From a virus: a DNA stretch of 64,000 nucleotides. The notes under the pieces are model-generated. The model was not told the DNA's origin and did not search any database. It saw only the letters and a program-made list of their open reading frames with translations. The stretch spans positions 1 through 64,000 of the IMG/VR virus record IMGVR_UViG_3300036846_000738. The stretch is one strand, 5' to 3'. Each line of letters begins with the position of its first letter. Positions within the stretch are counted from its first letter, which is position 1. Positions 1 through 8,894 of the stretch are shown in pieces. Made by a program: the position numbers and the translations under genes.

Positions 1-2
1 TT

Positions 3-209
3 CTGTCCCTGATTGCGATCTCGCGCACGACACTGTTCCGGTTGGAGCGCGAAAAACTATTCCCGCAAGGTCAGGCGATCACACCGCATAGAAAACTGTG
101 GTTCAAAGATGAAGTGATCGCTTGGCAGCGAGACTTGCAAGACGAAGACAGCGCGCTGTCGCAGAAAGTTCGGTTGCGCCCAAGGCCGAAGCGTCGGGCG
201 CATGGATGA
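3..209 (+). CDS. AlpA/excisionase-like HTH protein (5' partial)
   Basis: Manual translation, not in ORF track: LSLIAISRTTLFRLEREKLFPQGQAITPHRKLWFKDEVIAWQ...; the SRxTxxR...FP...W..EV..W pattern is typical of AlpA; lies upstream of the integrase. Confidence 0.75.
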   Translation: MSLIAISRTTLFRLEREKLFPQGQAITPHRKLWFKDEVIAWQRDLQDEDSALSQKVRLRPRPKRRAHG

Positions 210-219
210 AGATGGGGAT

Positions 220-645
220 TTGGCATGGCGTGGCGAGGCGAGCAAAGGCTTGGCATGGCTCGGCGAGACGAGGCAAGGCAGGCACGGAATGGCAAGGCAT
301 GGCGTGGCACGGCGAGGAGAGGCAGGCGCGGCTTGGCATGGTCAGGCGTGGCGTGGTGGGGCTGGGTTTGACGTGGCACGGCATGGCAGGCAGGGCAACG
401 CAGGCCCGGCATGGCGGGGACCGGAAGGCTTAGGCGCGGCCCGGTGCGGCAAGGTTTGGCGCGGCATGGCAGGCCGGGTTTGGCGGGGACTGGCACGGCT
501 AGGTGTGGCTCCGGCGCGGCTCGGCAGGCAAGGTGAGGCTGGGCTTGGCTCGACGAGGGTCCGGCACGGTTCGGCAGGCGCGGCGCGGCACGGCGTGCCG
601 GGGCGGGGCGTGGCCCGGTGCGGCGTGGCGCGGCAGGCAGGCCAA
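220..645 (+). repeat. Degenerate pentamer tandem array (GGCNN)n punctuated by GGCAGGC
   Basis: Direct reading: tggca tggcg tggcg aggcg ... cggcg tggcg cggca ggca ggcc; strongly G-skewed. Confidence 0.85.
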
Positions 646-689
646 AACGGGGCCGGAAACCCGGTCCGTTTTCCTCTACCGGTCCCATC

Positions 690-930
690 GTTTTCGTCCT
701 AGGATTAGCCCAGCGTTAGCCCGAGATGACCAAAAAAAGTCAACTATCTGATCCAGCTATCATAATTCCGCTTGCCGCCCTGTTCATGGACGTGTATAAA
801 GGAAAATGAGACCGGTAGAAAAAAGCTAGAAACCCTTACGAAATGGGCACAACTCGCATATCGTCCGGTCTAGTTTTCCATAGCCAGTCTCGCTTTTCGC
901 GCCTGCGATTAGCCGGGGCTAACGGCGAAA
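690..930. other. Candidate attP / integrase control region
   Basis: AT-richer intergenic stretch immediately upstream of the integrase with repeated TTAGCC motifs (~705, ~716, ~909) and an inverted GGCTAA (~917); no core identified. Confidence 0.3.
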
Positions 931-944
931 AAACAGGACTCAAA

Positions 945-2303
945 ATGCCCGTCTACATCGGCGACAAGCACCTTCGGAAAAGCGCGATGCGCAAGACCTA
1001 CAGCGACACCGACGTGAAAGGCTTCGCGCTCCGGACCACACCGCTCGGCGTGTTCAGCTTTTACTACCAGCACCTCAACGCGCGCACCGGCAAGCGCGAC
1101 TGGCATCTGATCGGCAGCTATCCGGAGTGGAGCGTTGCCAAGGCGCGCAACGAGGCGCGACGGCTCGCCGGGTTGGTGGCGGACGAAAAGGACATCAAGC
1201 AGGTCCGCCGCCAGAAAACCGAACAGGCGCGCGTCGGCGGCATCACCTTCCGCCAACTCCACGACGAGTACATCGACGATTGCCGCGAGCTGGTGATGAA
1301 GAAGTGGGGCCGGGTGCCGCGGCTGGAGAGTTGGCTCGACATCCGATCATTGCTCAAGCGCCCGCTGAAATGGTGGGGCAAGTTGCCGCTGACCGACATC
1401 ACCGACAACGAGGTCATGGCGCTCTACAGGTCTTTCGTCCGCGACGGCCATGTGCCGCAGGCCAACCGCATCCGCGGCCAACTGCACACGCTGTTCCGGT
1501 GGGCCGCTCAGCCGCCGCGCAAATACATCGCAATCAACCCGTGCTCTAACCTGCCCAAAAAGGACGACGAGCCGTCCGCCCACGATGACGGTCGCGTGCT
1601 CACCGCCGATGAAATTCGAACATTCTGGTACGGCCTCGATGATCCCGACTGTCCCGGCGATCGTCTGTCGAAATTGGCGCTCAAACTTTCGCTGGTCACG
1701 ACGCTGCGCACCGGCGAGATCGTGGCGATCGAGCGTAACGGAGTTGGACCGTCCACGGTGACGATCCCGTTGCGGGTCGTCAAAAGTCGGCGCAGCAAGA
1801 AAGCTCGCGACGTGGTGCAGCCGCTTAACTCGCTGGCACGCGAACTTCTCGGCGAGGTCTTCACCATCGGTGATACCGAGCGGCGCTACGCCTTCCCCGG
1901 CACCGGCAGACGGCAGGGCGGCTCGATGCGGCAGCAGACTCTCGCCCACCTTCTCAATCGCAAGAGTCGGGATGAGGCGGGCAAGATGGGCATCAACGAA
2001 TATCTCGGCCTCGATCACTGGACACCGCACGCGCTGCGACGCACCGCGGCCACGATCCTCGAACAGCTCGGGTTCGACGATGGCCTGATCGGCAAGGTGC
2101 TGACCCACAAGGCGCTTGGCCGCGACGCCTCGCCGGTCACGCGCCAGCACTATCTTGTCGCCAAGCCGATCATCGCGCGGCCGGTCGACAAACGGATCGA
2201 AGCGCTTGATGCGCTCGATGACGCGCTGCGCGAAATCCTCGCGCTGCGGAGCGCCAAAGTCTTGCCGAAGCCGAAGCCGCGGCTGCTGACCGAGGCCGCG
2301 TAA
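945..2303 (+). CDS. int: Tyrosine recombinase/integrase with N-terminal arm-binding domain
   Basis: Catalytic motifs TTLRTGEI (R), PHALRRT (HxxR), LTH, RQHY (Y); N-terminal YSDTDVKGFALR resembles arm-binding domains; AGGA precedes ATG 945. Confidence 0.92.
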   Translation: MPVYIGDKHLRKSAMRKTYSDTDVKGFALRTTPLGVFSFYYQHLNARTGKRDWHLIGSYPEWSVAKARNEARRLAGLVADEKDIKQVRRQKTEQARVGGITFRQLHDEYIDDCRELVMKKWGRVPRLESWLDIRSLLKRPLKWWGKLPLTDITDNEVMALYRSFVRDGHVPQANRIRGQLHTLFRWAAQPPRKYIAINPCSNLPKKDDEPSAHDDGRVLTADEIRTFWYGLDDPDCPGDRLSKLALKLSLVTTLRTGEIVAIERNGVGPSTVTIPLRVVKSRRSKKARDVVQPLNSLARELLGEVFTIGDTERRYAFPGTGRRQGGSMRQQTLAHLLNRKSRDEAGKMGINEYLGLDHWTPHALRRTAATILEQLGFDDGLIGKVLTHKALGRDASPVTRQHYLVAKPIIARPVDKRIEALDALDDALREILALRSAKVLPKPKPRLLTEAA

Positions 2304-2319
2304 AAACGGGACCACACCG

Positions 2320-2559
2320 ATGCGGACTGACGAGCACATATTACGGATGTGGACAATTTACGATCATCCGTCCGATTTTCCGGACAAGTATGTTGCGCGG
2401 CTTTTTGAGGTCGATGCTGGCGGTCCGCGACCGACTGACAATTTCATTGCAGTGTCTGACGTTGAAGAACTTCGCCAGATGTTTCTGGAGCATTTCGCGC
2501 TGACCTGCATTTCCCGCAGTCCAGAGGACGATCCGAAAATCGTGGAGACGTGGCTATGA
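2320..2559 (+). CDS. Hypothetical protein, paralog of 8891..9118
   Basis: WTIYDHPSDFPDK...EDDPKIVETWL is shared with 8891..9118. Confidence 0.75.
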   Translation: MRTDEHILRMWTIYDHPSDFPDKYVARLFEVDAGGPRPTDNFIAVSDVEELRQMFLEHFALTCISRSPEDDPKIVETWL

Positions 2560-2828
2560 AGGTCGGCCGAGGTACAAGGCTCGCGAGCGAACCACATTGC
2601 CTCAACTGCAATGTGGTGGTCGACGGCGCCCGTTGCGTTGACGGAGACGGCAGCCCGAGCCCCGGCGACGTGACGATGTGCATCTATTGCGGGCACGTCA
2701 TGGCGTTCTCGGAGGGGCTTGGTATGCGCGAGCTGACCGATGCCGAGATGCAAGAGATCGCGGGCGATCCGCGGCTGGTTGCAGTCGGCAAGGCCGTCGG
2801 GTTGCTGAAGAGGAGGACAAAGCCATGA
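2556..2828 (+). CDS. Small CxxC/CxxC zinc-ribbon-like protein
   Basis: CLNC and CIYC motifs; ATGA overlap with upstream gene. Confidence 0.65.
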   Translation: MKVGRGTRLASEPHCLNCNVVVDGARCVDGDGSPSPGDVTMCIYCGHVMAFSEGLGMRELTDAEMQEIAGDPRLVAVGKAVGLLKRRTKP

Positions 2829-3526
2829 CCGTTTACCAGTACAACCGCAGCGTCGACACCGGCTCGATGCCTGACAGAGTTCGCCGCCTGCCGATTTCGC
2901 CGCAAGGTTTTCCGGTGCCGTTTTTCGTGACGTGGTTCAAAGACGGCAAGCCCTGTGCGCCCGGCGCAGGCGTGCCAGACTTCCGCGTCATCGATCCACT
3001 CAAAATGGTCAAAGCCGTCCGCCAGCATCTGTGCTGGGTCTGCGGCGGCGTCATGGGCGTCCACAAATGTTTTGTGATCGGCCCGATGTGCGCGGTCAAC
3101 CGGATCAATAGCGAGCCGCCCTCGCATCGCGACTGCGCAATTTATGCGGCGCGGGTCTGTCCGTTCCTCTCCAACCCGCGGATGGTTCGCAACGACAAGG
3201 GGATGGTCGGCGAGACCGGCGAATTGCGCGACGGTTTGGTGCCGCCAGCGGGCATCCACCTCGACCGCAATCCGGGCGCGACGTGCGTCTGGATCACCAA
3301 GAGCTATCGGCCGTTCAAGGAGGGTAACGGTGTGCTGTTCAGTCTAGGGCGGCCCGAAGAGGTGCTTTGGTTTGCGCAGGGGCGGCGTGCCACGCGCCAG
3401 CAGGTGCTGGCATCGATCGAGAGCGGCTATCCGGCACTGGAGGAAATGGCCCGGCAGGATGGCGCCGCCGCAGTGACTGCGCTCGCCACCAAGCGCGAAG
3501 TGGCCATGGCGCTGGTTCCGGCGTAA
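2825..3526 (+). CDS. Phage hypothetical protein with Cys/His motifs
   Basis: GGAGGA precedes ATG 2825; CWVCG, HRDC and CPFL motifs. Confidence 0.7.
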   Translation: MTVYQYNRSVDTGSMPDRVRRLPISPQGFPVPFFVTWFKDGKPCAPGAGVPDFRVIDPLKMVKAVRQHLCWVCGGVMGVHKCFVIGPMCAVNRINSEPPSHRDCAIYAARVCPFLSNPRMVRNDKGMVGETGELRDGLVPPAGIHLDRNPGATCVWITKSYRPFKEGNGVLFSLGRPEEVLWFAQGRRATRQQVLASIESGYPALEEMARQDGAAAVTALATKREVAMALVPA

Positions 3527-3545
3527 CCCCCTGTTTCTGGCCATA

Positions 3546-3588
3546 ATACGACCTATTGACATATAGGCCGTAATGACCTATATTGAGG
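3546..3588 (+). promoter_or_regulatory. Cassette repeat R1: sigma70 promoter with palindromic operator
   Basis: TTGACA 3556-3561, 17-bp spacer, TATATT 3579-3584; TAGGCC-GTAAT-GACCTA. Confidence 0.85.
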
Positions 3589-3609
3589 CTGTCAGAAAAA
3601 GGACACCTC

Positions 3610-3750
3610 ATGTGGACCACCAAGCGCTTCAAGTCACTCGCCGCGCAAAAGGCGTGGATCGCGGCCAACGAAGGCCGCTGTCAGATTGTGGTGCTGTTCG
3701 TAAACAACGGCTACGCGGTCGAGTACCGCAAGCTCCGGATCGTCGGCTGA
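3610..3750 (+). CDS. 46-aa cassette protein (not in ORF track)
   Basis: AAGGA RBS; MWTTKRFKSLAAQKAWIAANEGRCQIVVLFVNNGYAVEYRKLRIVG; TGATG overlap with next gene. Confidence 0.7.
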   Translation: MWTTKRFKSLAAQKAWIAANEGRCQIVVLFVNNGYAVEYRKLRIVG

Positions 3751-4268
3751 TGGCGCGGCTCTTCGAAATCCTGACCAGCAACGTCGAGAGCTGGGCACAG
3801 CTTGGCCATCCGTCGCTGCTCGAACGGTTCGTGCTGCGCAACGGCAAGCCCTACTCGCCCGGACCGCGCAAGGGCCTCAAGGGTCCGGCGAAGCAGTGCT
3901 ACATGAATGCCGCCAAGGTGGTGATGTGCGATGCTGACGCATCGGCCTATGTCGAGGGCTTTGTCGTCATAAAGGATTTGCCGATTCCGATTCTTCACGC
4001 TTGGGTCAGCTACGACGGCGAGACGGTGATGGACCCGACGCTGGACAGCGCGAACCGCGAATATTTCGGCGTCAGCTTTACCCGCAGGGAATTGGTCAGT
4101 GAGCTACGCAAGACAAAAGTTTATGGATTGCTCGATACCGGCCGCGGGTTCAACGCCGACTTGATGTTCCGGCGCGATCCAGAACTCAAGGCGATCTGCA
4201 ACGGCGTCAAGGCTGCAAGAGGTGTCGTCACCCAGCGGAAACTGGCCGAACTGCATACGACCTCTTGA
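3750..4268 (+). CDS. Hypothetical protein (KQCYMNA...VEG...HAW pattern, possibly transglutaminase/papain-like)
   Basis: Translationally coupled start; Cys...His-x-Trp...Asp-Pro-Thr pattern; stop codon lies inside the -35 box of R2. Confidence 0.65.
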   Translation: MARLFEILTSNVESWAQLGHPSLLERFVLRNGKPYSPGPRKGLKGPAKQCYMNAAKVVMCDADASAYVEGFVVIKDLPIPILHAWVSYDGETVMDPTLDSANREYFGVSFTRRELVSELRKTKVYGLLDTGRGFNADLMFRRDPELKAICNGVKAARGVVTQRKLAELHTTS

Positions 4269-4297
4269 CATATAGGCCGGAATGCCCTAGATTGAGG
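4255..4297 (+). promoter_or_regulatory. Cassette repeat R2
   Basis: TTGACA 4265-4270, 17 bp, TAGATT 4288-4293. Confidence 0.85.
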
Positions 4298-4317
4298 CTG
4301 TCAGAAAAGGACACCAA

Positions 4318-4497
4318 ATGGCAATGATCGGCACCAAAGACAAGCCCACCTACTATCGGATCGTGGGTTCGGTCAGCAAAACGGTTTTCGCTACAGCACC
4401 GGCTTCCAAGGTTCTGCCTCTCCACAAGAAACTTCAGAAGCAATACAACGGCGAAAAGCTGGAAATCGAGCTGATCGAGGACAATACGACCTCTTGA
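4318..4497 (+). CDS. 59-aa cassette protein (not in ORF track)
   Basis: AAGGA RBS; MAMIGTKDKPTYYRIVG...IEDNTTS; TGA lies inside the -35 box of R3. Confidence 0.7.
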   Translation: MAMIGTKDKPTYYRIVGSVSKTVFATAPASKVLPLHKKLQKQYNGEKLEIELIEDNTTS

Positions 4498-4526
4498 CAT
4501 ATAGGCCGGAATGCCCTATCTTGAGG
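4484..4526 (+). promoter_or_regulatory. Cassette repeat R3
   Basis: TTGACA 4494-4499, 17 bp, TATCTT 4517-4522. Confidence 0.85.
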
Positions 4527-4547
4527 ATGAACAGAAAGGAACCATGA

Positions 4548-4946
4548 ATGTTAAAACTCGGAAGTCAGACCGGCAGCCTGACGAACCACCTCTACAGCCG
4601 CATGATCAAGGGTCAGCCGGAGCCGGTGGTCGGCATGGGGGCGACGCTGCTGTCGTGGACGGATCGAGAGGCCGCCACCATCGTCGAGGTCTCCAAGACC
4701 AAGGGCGGTGCGTGGCTCATCACGGTGCAGGAAGACGACGCCAAGCGGATCGACAAGAACGGCTTGTCCGAAAGTCAGGACTATAAATACACGCCGAACC
4801 CGGCGGCGCCGAAGCGGATGTTCCGCTTCGATGAAGGCAAGGGCTGGCGCGAGGTGCGGGCCAACGGCAAGGGCCGGTTGGTCCTGACCGGCGGCGCCGG
4901 GCTGCGGATCGGCGAGCGCGACAAGTATCACGACTTCAGTTTCTAA
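4548..4946 (+). CDS. Phage hypothetical protein
   Basis: AAGGA RBS; PVVGMGAT...TDR...YHDFSF. Confidence 0.75.
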   Translation: MLKLGSQTGSLTNHLYSRMIKGQPEPVVGMGATLLSWTDREAATIVEVSKTKGGAWLITVQEDDAKRIDKNGLSESQDYKYTPNPAAPKRMFRFDEGKGWREVRANGKGRLVLTGGAGLRIGERDKYHDFSF

Positions 4947-4961
4947 AAAAGGGAGCAGCAC

Positions 4962-5264
4962 TTGACCAACATCACCCAAACCCACCTTGAGGCGGCGCTG
5001 ATCGATCAGAGCGCCGCGGGCGCCTTCCATGACAAGACCTACTGTTTCGTCTCTGTCGGCGCCGAGGGAGGCGGATGGCAGCTCGGCGTCGCCGTCGCCA
5101 ACGAGCCGGGTTATCACCCGATCGCGAAATTCTTCCGCACCCATGACGAGGCCGAAGAATGGGCCACCGGGCTCAACCGCCATATCGGCCGGTCGGTCGG
5201 CGAGGCTTTCGAAATCATCGGCTCGACCATGGGCGGTCGCCGCGTCTTCGAGGTAAGCCGATGA
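4962..5264 (+). CDS. Hypothetical protein
   Basis: GGGAG RBS, TTG start, operon packing. Confidence 0.65.
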   Translation: MTNITQTHLEAALIDQSAAGAFHDKTYCFVSVGAEGGGWQLGVAVANEPGYHPIAKFFRTHDEAEEWATGLNRHIGRSVGEAFEIIGSTMGGRRVFEVSR

Positions 5265-5443
5265 TGAGTCCGCGTCCCTGTCCCTGCGGAAGCCATCAGG
5301 ACTCGTGGTGGGAGTACGACGCGCGCGGTATTGCTTTGTGCCGGGTCTGCCCGAAATGCCGAAGCCAAAAACTGGCGCGTTATCGCCCGGAGGTGCTGGC
5401 CGATCCGAATTACTACGCCGACGAGGCAATCGAGGAGGGTTGA
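5261..5443 (+). CDS. Small Cys-rich (CPC...CxxC) protein
   Basis: MMSPRPCPCGS...CRVCPKC; ATGA overlap. Confidence 0.65.
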   Translation: MMSPRPCPCGSHQDSWWEYDARGIALCRVCPKCRSQKLARYRPEVLADPNYYADEAIEEG

Positions 5444-5701
5444 ATGGCCAAGGTCCGCAAAAGAAAGGCCAAGGTCCGCAAACGTCGCGTGATCATCGCC
5501 GCCGGTCCAATGACCCACGAGCAGTACCGGCGAGCCCTGAAAAAGCTCGGCCTGACGGTCGCGGGCAAGGCCACCGCCAAGGCGCTCGGGCTCGGCCTGC
5601 GCCAGTGCCAACGCATCGCCGCGGGCGACGGCCCGGTCCCCGCGCCGGTCGAGCTACTCTTGAGGCTGTACCTCATTTATGGGCTTCCCGACGATGACTA
5701 A
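5444..5701 (+). CDS. Small HTH regulator, candidate cassette repressor 1
   Basis: MTHEQYRRALKKLGLT...GLRQCQRIAAGDGPVPAPVELLLRL; similar to 45743..45946. Confidence 0.7.
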   Translation: MAKVRKRKAKVRKRRVIIAAGPMTHEQYRRALKKLGLTVAGKATAKALGLGLRQCQRIAAGDGPVPAPVELLLRLYLIYGLPDDD

Positions 5702-6200
5702 AAAAAAGAACCACCTGACCGACCTGAAATCGCTGGTCGAGTTCGCGTCCAGACAGGCGGAGAAGATTTTCCGCCAGACCGGCGTGATCTATCCGATGTA
5801 CCACGCCATCAAACCAGACGGCGATTTTATGATCCTACCGGCGCCGGAAGGCGACAAGGACACCAGCGTCGGCTTGATCAAGGCTGCGTTCGCCATCCAC
5901 GCCATCGATCGATACGTCTTCATCGATGAAGGCTGGATTCTTGATCAACGGCTGAGCGGCGGAGCGCCGCTCGATCTGGCTCGCATCGCGCGCACAGGCC
6001 TGCGCGATCACCCCGATCGCCGGGAAGTCTTGTTGTTCTTGGCCGAGAATCGCCGCGGCGAGAGGCAGACCGGCTCGCGCTACATTCTGCGCCCCGAGCA
6101 CGGAAGGGCCTCGTTGGCGCCGCTCAAGCTCGACGACATGACCGGCCTGCAAAGCAGCGGACGGATGATTGGATTACTGAACCCACTACAAGGAGGATAA
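5694..6200 (+). CDS. Hypothetical protein
   Basis: ORF overlapping the HTH stop; start uncertain. Confidence 0.65.
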   Translation: MTKKKNHLTDLKSLVEFASRQAEKIFRQTGVIYPMYHAIKPDGDFMILPAPEGDKDTSVGLIKAAFAIHAIDRYVFIDEGWILDQRLSGGAPLDLARIARTGLRDHPDRREVLLFLAENRRGERQTGSRYILRPEHGRASLAPLKLDDMTGLQSSGRMIGLLNPLQGG

Positions 6201-6206
6201 AACACT

Positions 6207-6608
6207 TTGGCTTTCAAACTCGACAAGCAGGAATCACTGCGGCGCGCAGGACTGGTCGCCAGCCTGCAGGAAGCATGGGGCAAGATCGAGGATGCCGTCG
6301 ACGTCTACAACGACGCGGTCGCCGAACTCAAGGGACCGGTTGCGGAGGCGATTGAGGCCTACAACGAGATCGCCACCGAGGCGGCCGGTTTCGCAGAAGA
6401 CGTCGCCACCCGCGCCGAAGGCGAGTTCGACGACAAGAGCGAGAAGTGGCAAGAGAGCGAGCGCGGTCAAGCCGCCGGAGGATGGCGCGACGAATGGCAG
6501 AGTCTCGATCTCGCCACCATCGAACCGGAGTTTCCGGACGATCTGGCGATCGACGATCCCGGCCATGCGGACGCTCTGGAAGGACTGCCCGACGAGGCAT
6601 CCGAATGA
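6207..6608 (+). CDS. Highly acidic helical protein
   Basis: AGGAGG RBS; D/E-rich throughout; DDKSEKWQESERG motif. Confidence 0.75.
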   Translation: MAFKLDKQESLRRAGLVASLQEAWGKIEDAVDVYNDAVAELKGPVAEAIEAYNEIATEAAGFAEDVATRAEGEFDDKSEKWQESERGQAAGGWRDEWQSLDLATIEPEFPDDLAIDDPGHADALEGLPDEASE

Positions 6609-6859
6609 AGATCATACCGGCACTGATGCTTGCGCTGCTGACCGGCGCCGCTTCGGCGCAGCAACGCACCTTCTACGACGCAAGAGGCAACGTCGTCGGA
6701 CGGTCCGCGACCGACAGCGAAGGCTCGACGATCCGCGACGCGCGAGGCAGCACGGTGAGCCGAGAAAGCACACGCGGCAACGTCACGACGATCTATGACG
6801 CGGGCGGACGCACGATCGGACGTGTCTCAAACGGCAACGCAGGCAAGGGAAAGAATTAG
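6605..6859 (+). CDS. Small secreted protein with DARG-type repeats
   Basis: Signal peptide MKIIPALMLALLTGAASA; YDARG/RDARG/YDAGG repeats. Confidence 0.7.
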   Translation: MKIIPALMLALLTGAASAQQRTFYDARGNVVGRSATDSEGSTIRDARGSTVSRESTRGNVTTIYDAGGRTIGRVSNGNAGKGKN

Positions 6860-6861
6860 TC

Positions 6862-7287
6862 GTGGCTTTTCTGATCATAGGCGAGACCGAACAAGCTGAG
6901 ATCGCGAAACTGATTGCCGATGCGAAGGCACATATCCTGCCATTCGACATGGTCAGGCAGGGAGCTATCGACCACACCGACGTGCTGACGCTGGATCAAC
7001 GCAGACGGATGTTGCCAGACTTCGTTCGACCGCGCAGCGCGCACATGGTCTTTCCGGGCGGCTATCGTGCCGCGTTTTCGTTCGAGCAACAGCCACCCGG
7101 TCTTTGCTCCCATCTTTCGATCAGCGTCGAAGGTCGTCCCAAAAAGGGTTCGATGCCGAGTCCGCCAGCGGTGCAAATGATCGCCGAAGCCTTCGGTGTC
7201 CCGTTTCCGGGCGATAAGGCATGGATGGAAGAATACGAGCCCGGCGAATACGCAATCAACATGGTGTCGCTAGTTGATAAGGCTTGA
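6862..7287 (+). CDS. Hypothetical protein
   Basis: Operon packing; FSFEQQPPG...HLSISV. Confidence 0.65.
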   Translation: MAFLIIGETEQAEIAKLIADAKAHILPFDMVRQGAIDHTDVLTLDQRRRMLPDFVRPRSAHMVFPGGYRAAFSFEQQPPGLCSHLSISVEGRPKKGSMPSPPAVQMIAEAFGVPFPGDKAWMEEYEPGEYAINMVSLVDKA

Positions 7288-7348
7288 AGCGCAACCAGAC
7301 TGGCTTTAGGTTCGCGCATCGCAACAGAGCAAGAAGGGGGCAGTCCTG

Positions 7349-7996
7349 ATGCCCAAGACATTTCCAATTATGATCGAGGTCGAAGAGATTGCGCTGGGAC
7401 CGGTGCTTCGCCGACTCAACGAAATGCCGGGGATTGCAAAGCTGCATCTCGACTTGGGTCACGGCGGCGCGGGCAAGGACAGGCCCGAGCAAGGCGCGAG
7501 CCATGCGGTGGCCAAGGCTTCGGCCTCCAGCCTCGATGAGGCCGCTGTCAAGCTGCTGGCCGGTGGGCCAATGCATATCCGCGCAATCAGCGCAGGCCTC
7601 GGCGGCGCACGATCGCGCGCCTACGGCGTGATGACCCGGTTGCGCGTCAAGGGCCTCGCTCAACCCGGCGACGGTCCCGGAATGCATCAGCTCACAAGCA
7701 AGGGCGTCAAAAGCAATGGCGCCACGAACGGCGCCACGCCACCTCAAGTGACGCACGGCCCGAAAGGACGCGCCACGCCGGGCTCTGGCAACCGCGCATT
7801 GCTCGCCGGAATTGAGGCGGGTGCGGTTACGACGTCGGCGCTGCGCGATTATCTCGCCAGCGCTGGCATGTCGTCGAAGAGCATTCCCGGTGTGATCGTT
7901 CGCGCGAAACGCGACGGCCTAATCAAGATGGGCGGCGACGGTTACGAACTGACGGCGAAGGGACAAAAGACCAATGGAGTAGCGAACCATGGCTAG
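7349..7996 (+). CDS. Putative DNA-binding protein (winged-helix-like ends)
   Basis: Two segments ending HQLTSKG and YELTAKG suggest duplicated wHTH wings. Confidence 0.55.
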   Translation: MPKTFPIMIEVEEIALGPVLRRLNEMPGIAKLHLDLGHGGAGKDRPEQGASHAVAKASASSLDEAAVKLLAGGPMHIRAISAGLGGARSRAYGVMTRLRVKGLAQPGDGPGMHQLTSKGVKSNGATNGATPPQVTHGPKGRATPGSGNRALLAGIEAGAVTTSALRDYLASAGMSSKSIPGVIVRAKRDGLIKMGGDGYELTAKGQKTNGVANHG

Positions 7997-8363
7997 AGGT
8001 TTTTTGCGCATCTATCGCACCTACTCCTATATCGACAAGAATCCGGTGATCGATAAGGTTCGAACGCTGGTGCAGGACGAAGGCCTGTTCAAGAAGCTCG
8101 GCATCGTTCACGAACTCTCCGGCGTCGCGGTCACGACGCTGGATAATTGGTTCAATGGCGCCACGCGCTCGCCGCAACACGCCACCATCGCTGCGGTGGT
8201 CACCTCGCTCGGCTACGAAGAACAATTCGTCAAGACAAAGAGTCTCGACATCGAAGCTGAACGCAAGGTGGCGGCGGCTTGGCTGCAAAAGCAGGAGAAG
8301 AAGAGCAAAGTGGCGCCTCCTGCAAAGACGAACGGGCACCGCAAGGCAAGGAAGAAGCGTTAA
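7989..8363 (+). CDS. HTH DNA-binding protein
   Basis: HELSGVAVTTLDNWFNGATRSPQHATI is an XRE-like helix-turn-helix. Confidence 0.7.
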   Translation: MARGFLRIYRTYSYIDKNPVIDKVRTLVQDEGLFKKLGIVHELSGVAVTTLDNWFNGATRSPQHATIAAVVTSLGYEEQFVKTKSLDIEAERKVAAAWLQKQEKKSKVAPPAKTNGHRKARKKR

Positions 8364-8392
8364 AAGGAGAACTGAACTTGGTTACTATCGAG

Positions 8393-8575
8393 ATGGATAT
8401 GCAAGCGCTGGACCTGCGCGAGAAGCTGGCGCACATCGATCAAATGCTCGCCGACCATGATCGCAAGCGGCAGGAAATCCGCTATGCACCATGGATGCTG
8501 CTCGCCTCCGGGATGACAACAGGAGCTGCTTTGTTCGCGTCAGGCGCTGCGTTCTTCAAGCTGTTCGGTGGATAA
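8393..8575 (+). CDS. Small protein with C-terminal hydrophobic helix
   Basis: MDMQALDLREKLAHIDQ...LFASGAAFFKLFGG; start uncertain. Confidence 0.55.
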   Translation: MDMQALDLREKLAHIDQMLADHDRKRQEIRYAPWMLLASGMTTGAALFASGAAFFKLFGG

Positions 8576-8660
8576 TGCGTCACCGCGGTGATTGCCAGCT
8601 CTGTGCCTAGTGCCGGTGAAAAAGCCCGCGGGTACGGCATGCCAGTTCCAGAAATTTCAC
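8575..8660 (+). pseudogene. Decayed copy of the 5' end of the gene at 9115
   Basis: 20-bp (8585-8604 = 9128-9147) and 41-bp (8620-8660 = 9176-9216) identical blocks; reads MRHRGDCQLCA* versus MKRECGDCQLCCK. Confidence 0.75.
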
Positions 8661-8675
8661 CGATAAGGACAGGCA

Positions 8676-8894
8676 ATGAGCAAGATTTTCACCGTCGCCC
8701 ATGTGCCGGAGGAGCTGGAGCAAAAATGGCTACAGCATCTGCGCGATTTCGACACCGCGCATCCCGGCTGCCATTTCGAGGTCGGCATCGATGGCCCGGA
8801 GACCAGCGTCGCCGACATGGTCAAGCGCATGACGGTCGAGCCGGGCCTGACCTTTACCAAGATTTTCGAGCGGGCGAAATGGAGCAAGCCGTGA
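8676..8894 (+). CDS. Hypothetical protein
   Basis: AAGGA RBS, operon packing. Confidence 0.65.
   Translation: MSKIFTVAHVPEELEQKWLQHLRDFDTAHPGCHFEVGIDGPETSVADMVKRMTVEPGLTFTKIFERAKWSKP

Noticed and set aside
71-751. ORFs spanning the pentamer array
   Set aside because: Low-complexity products in several frames; open only because the repeat lacks stop codons.
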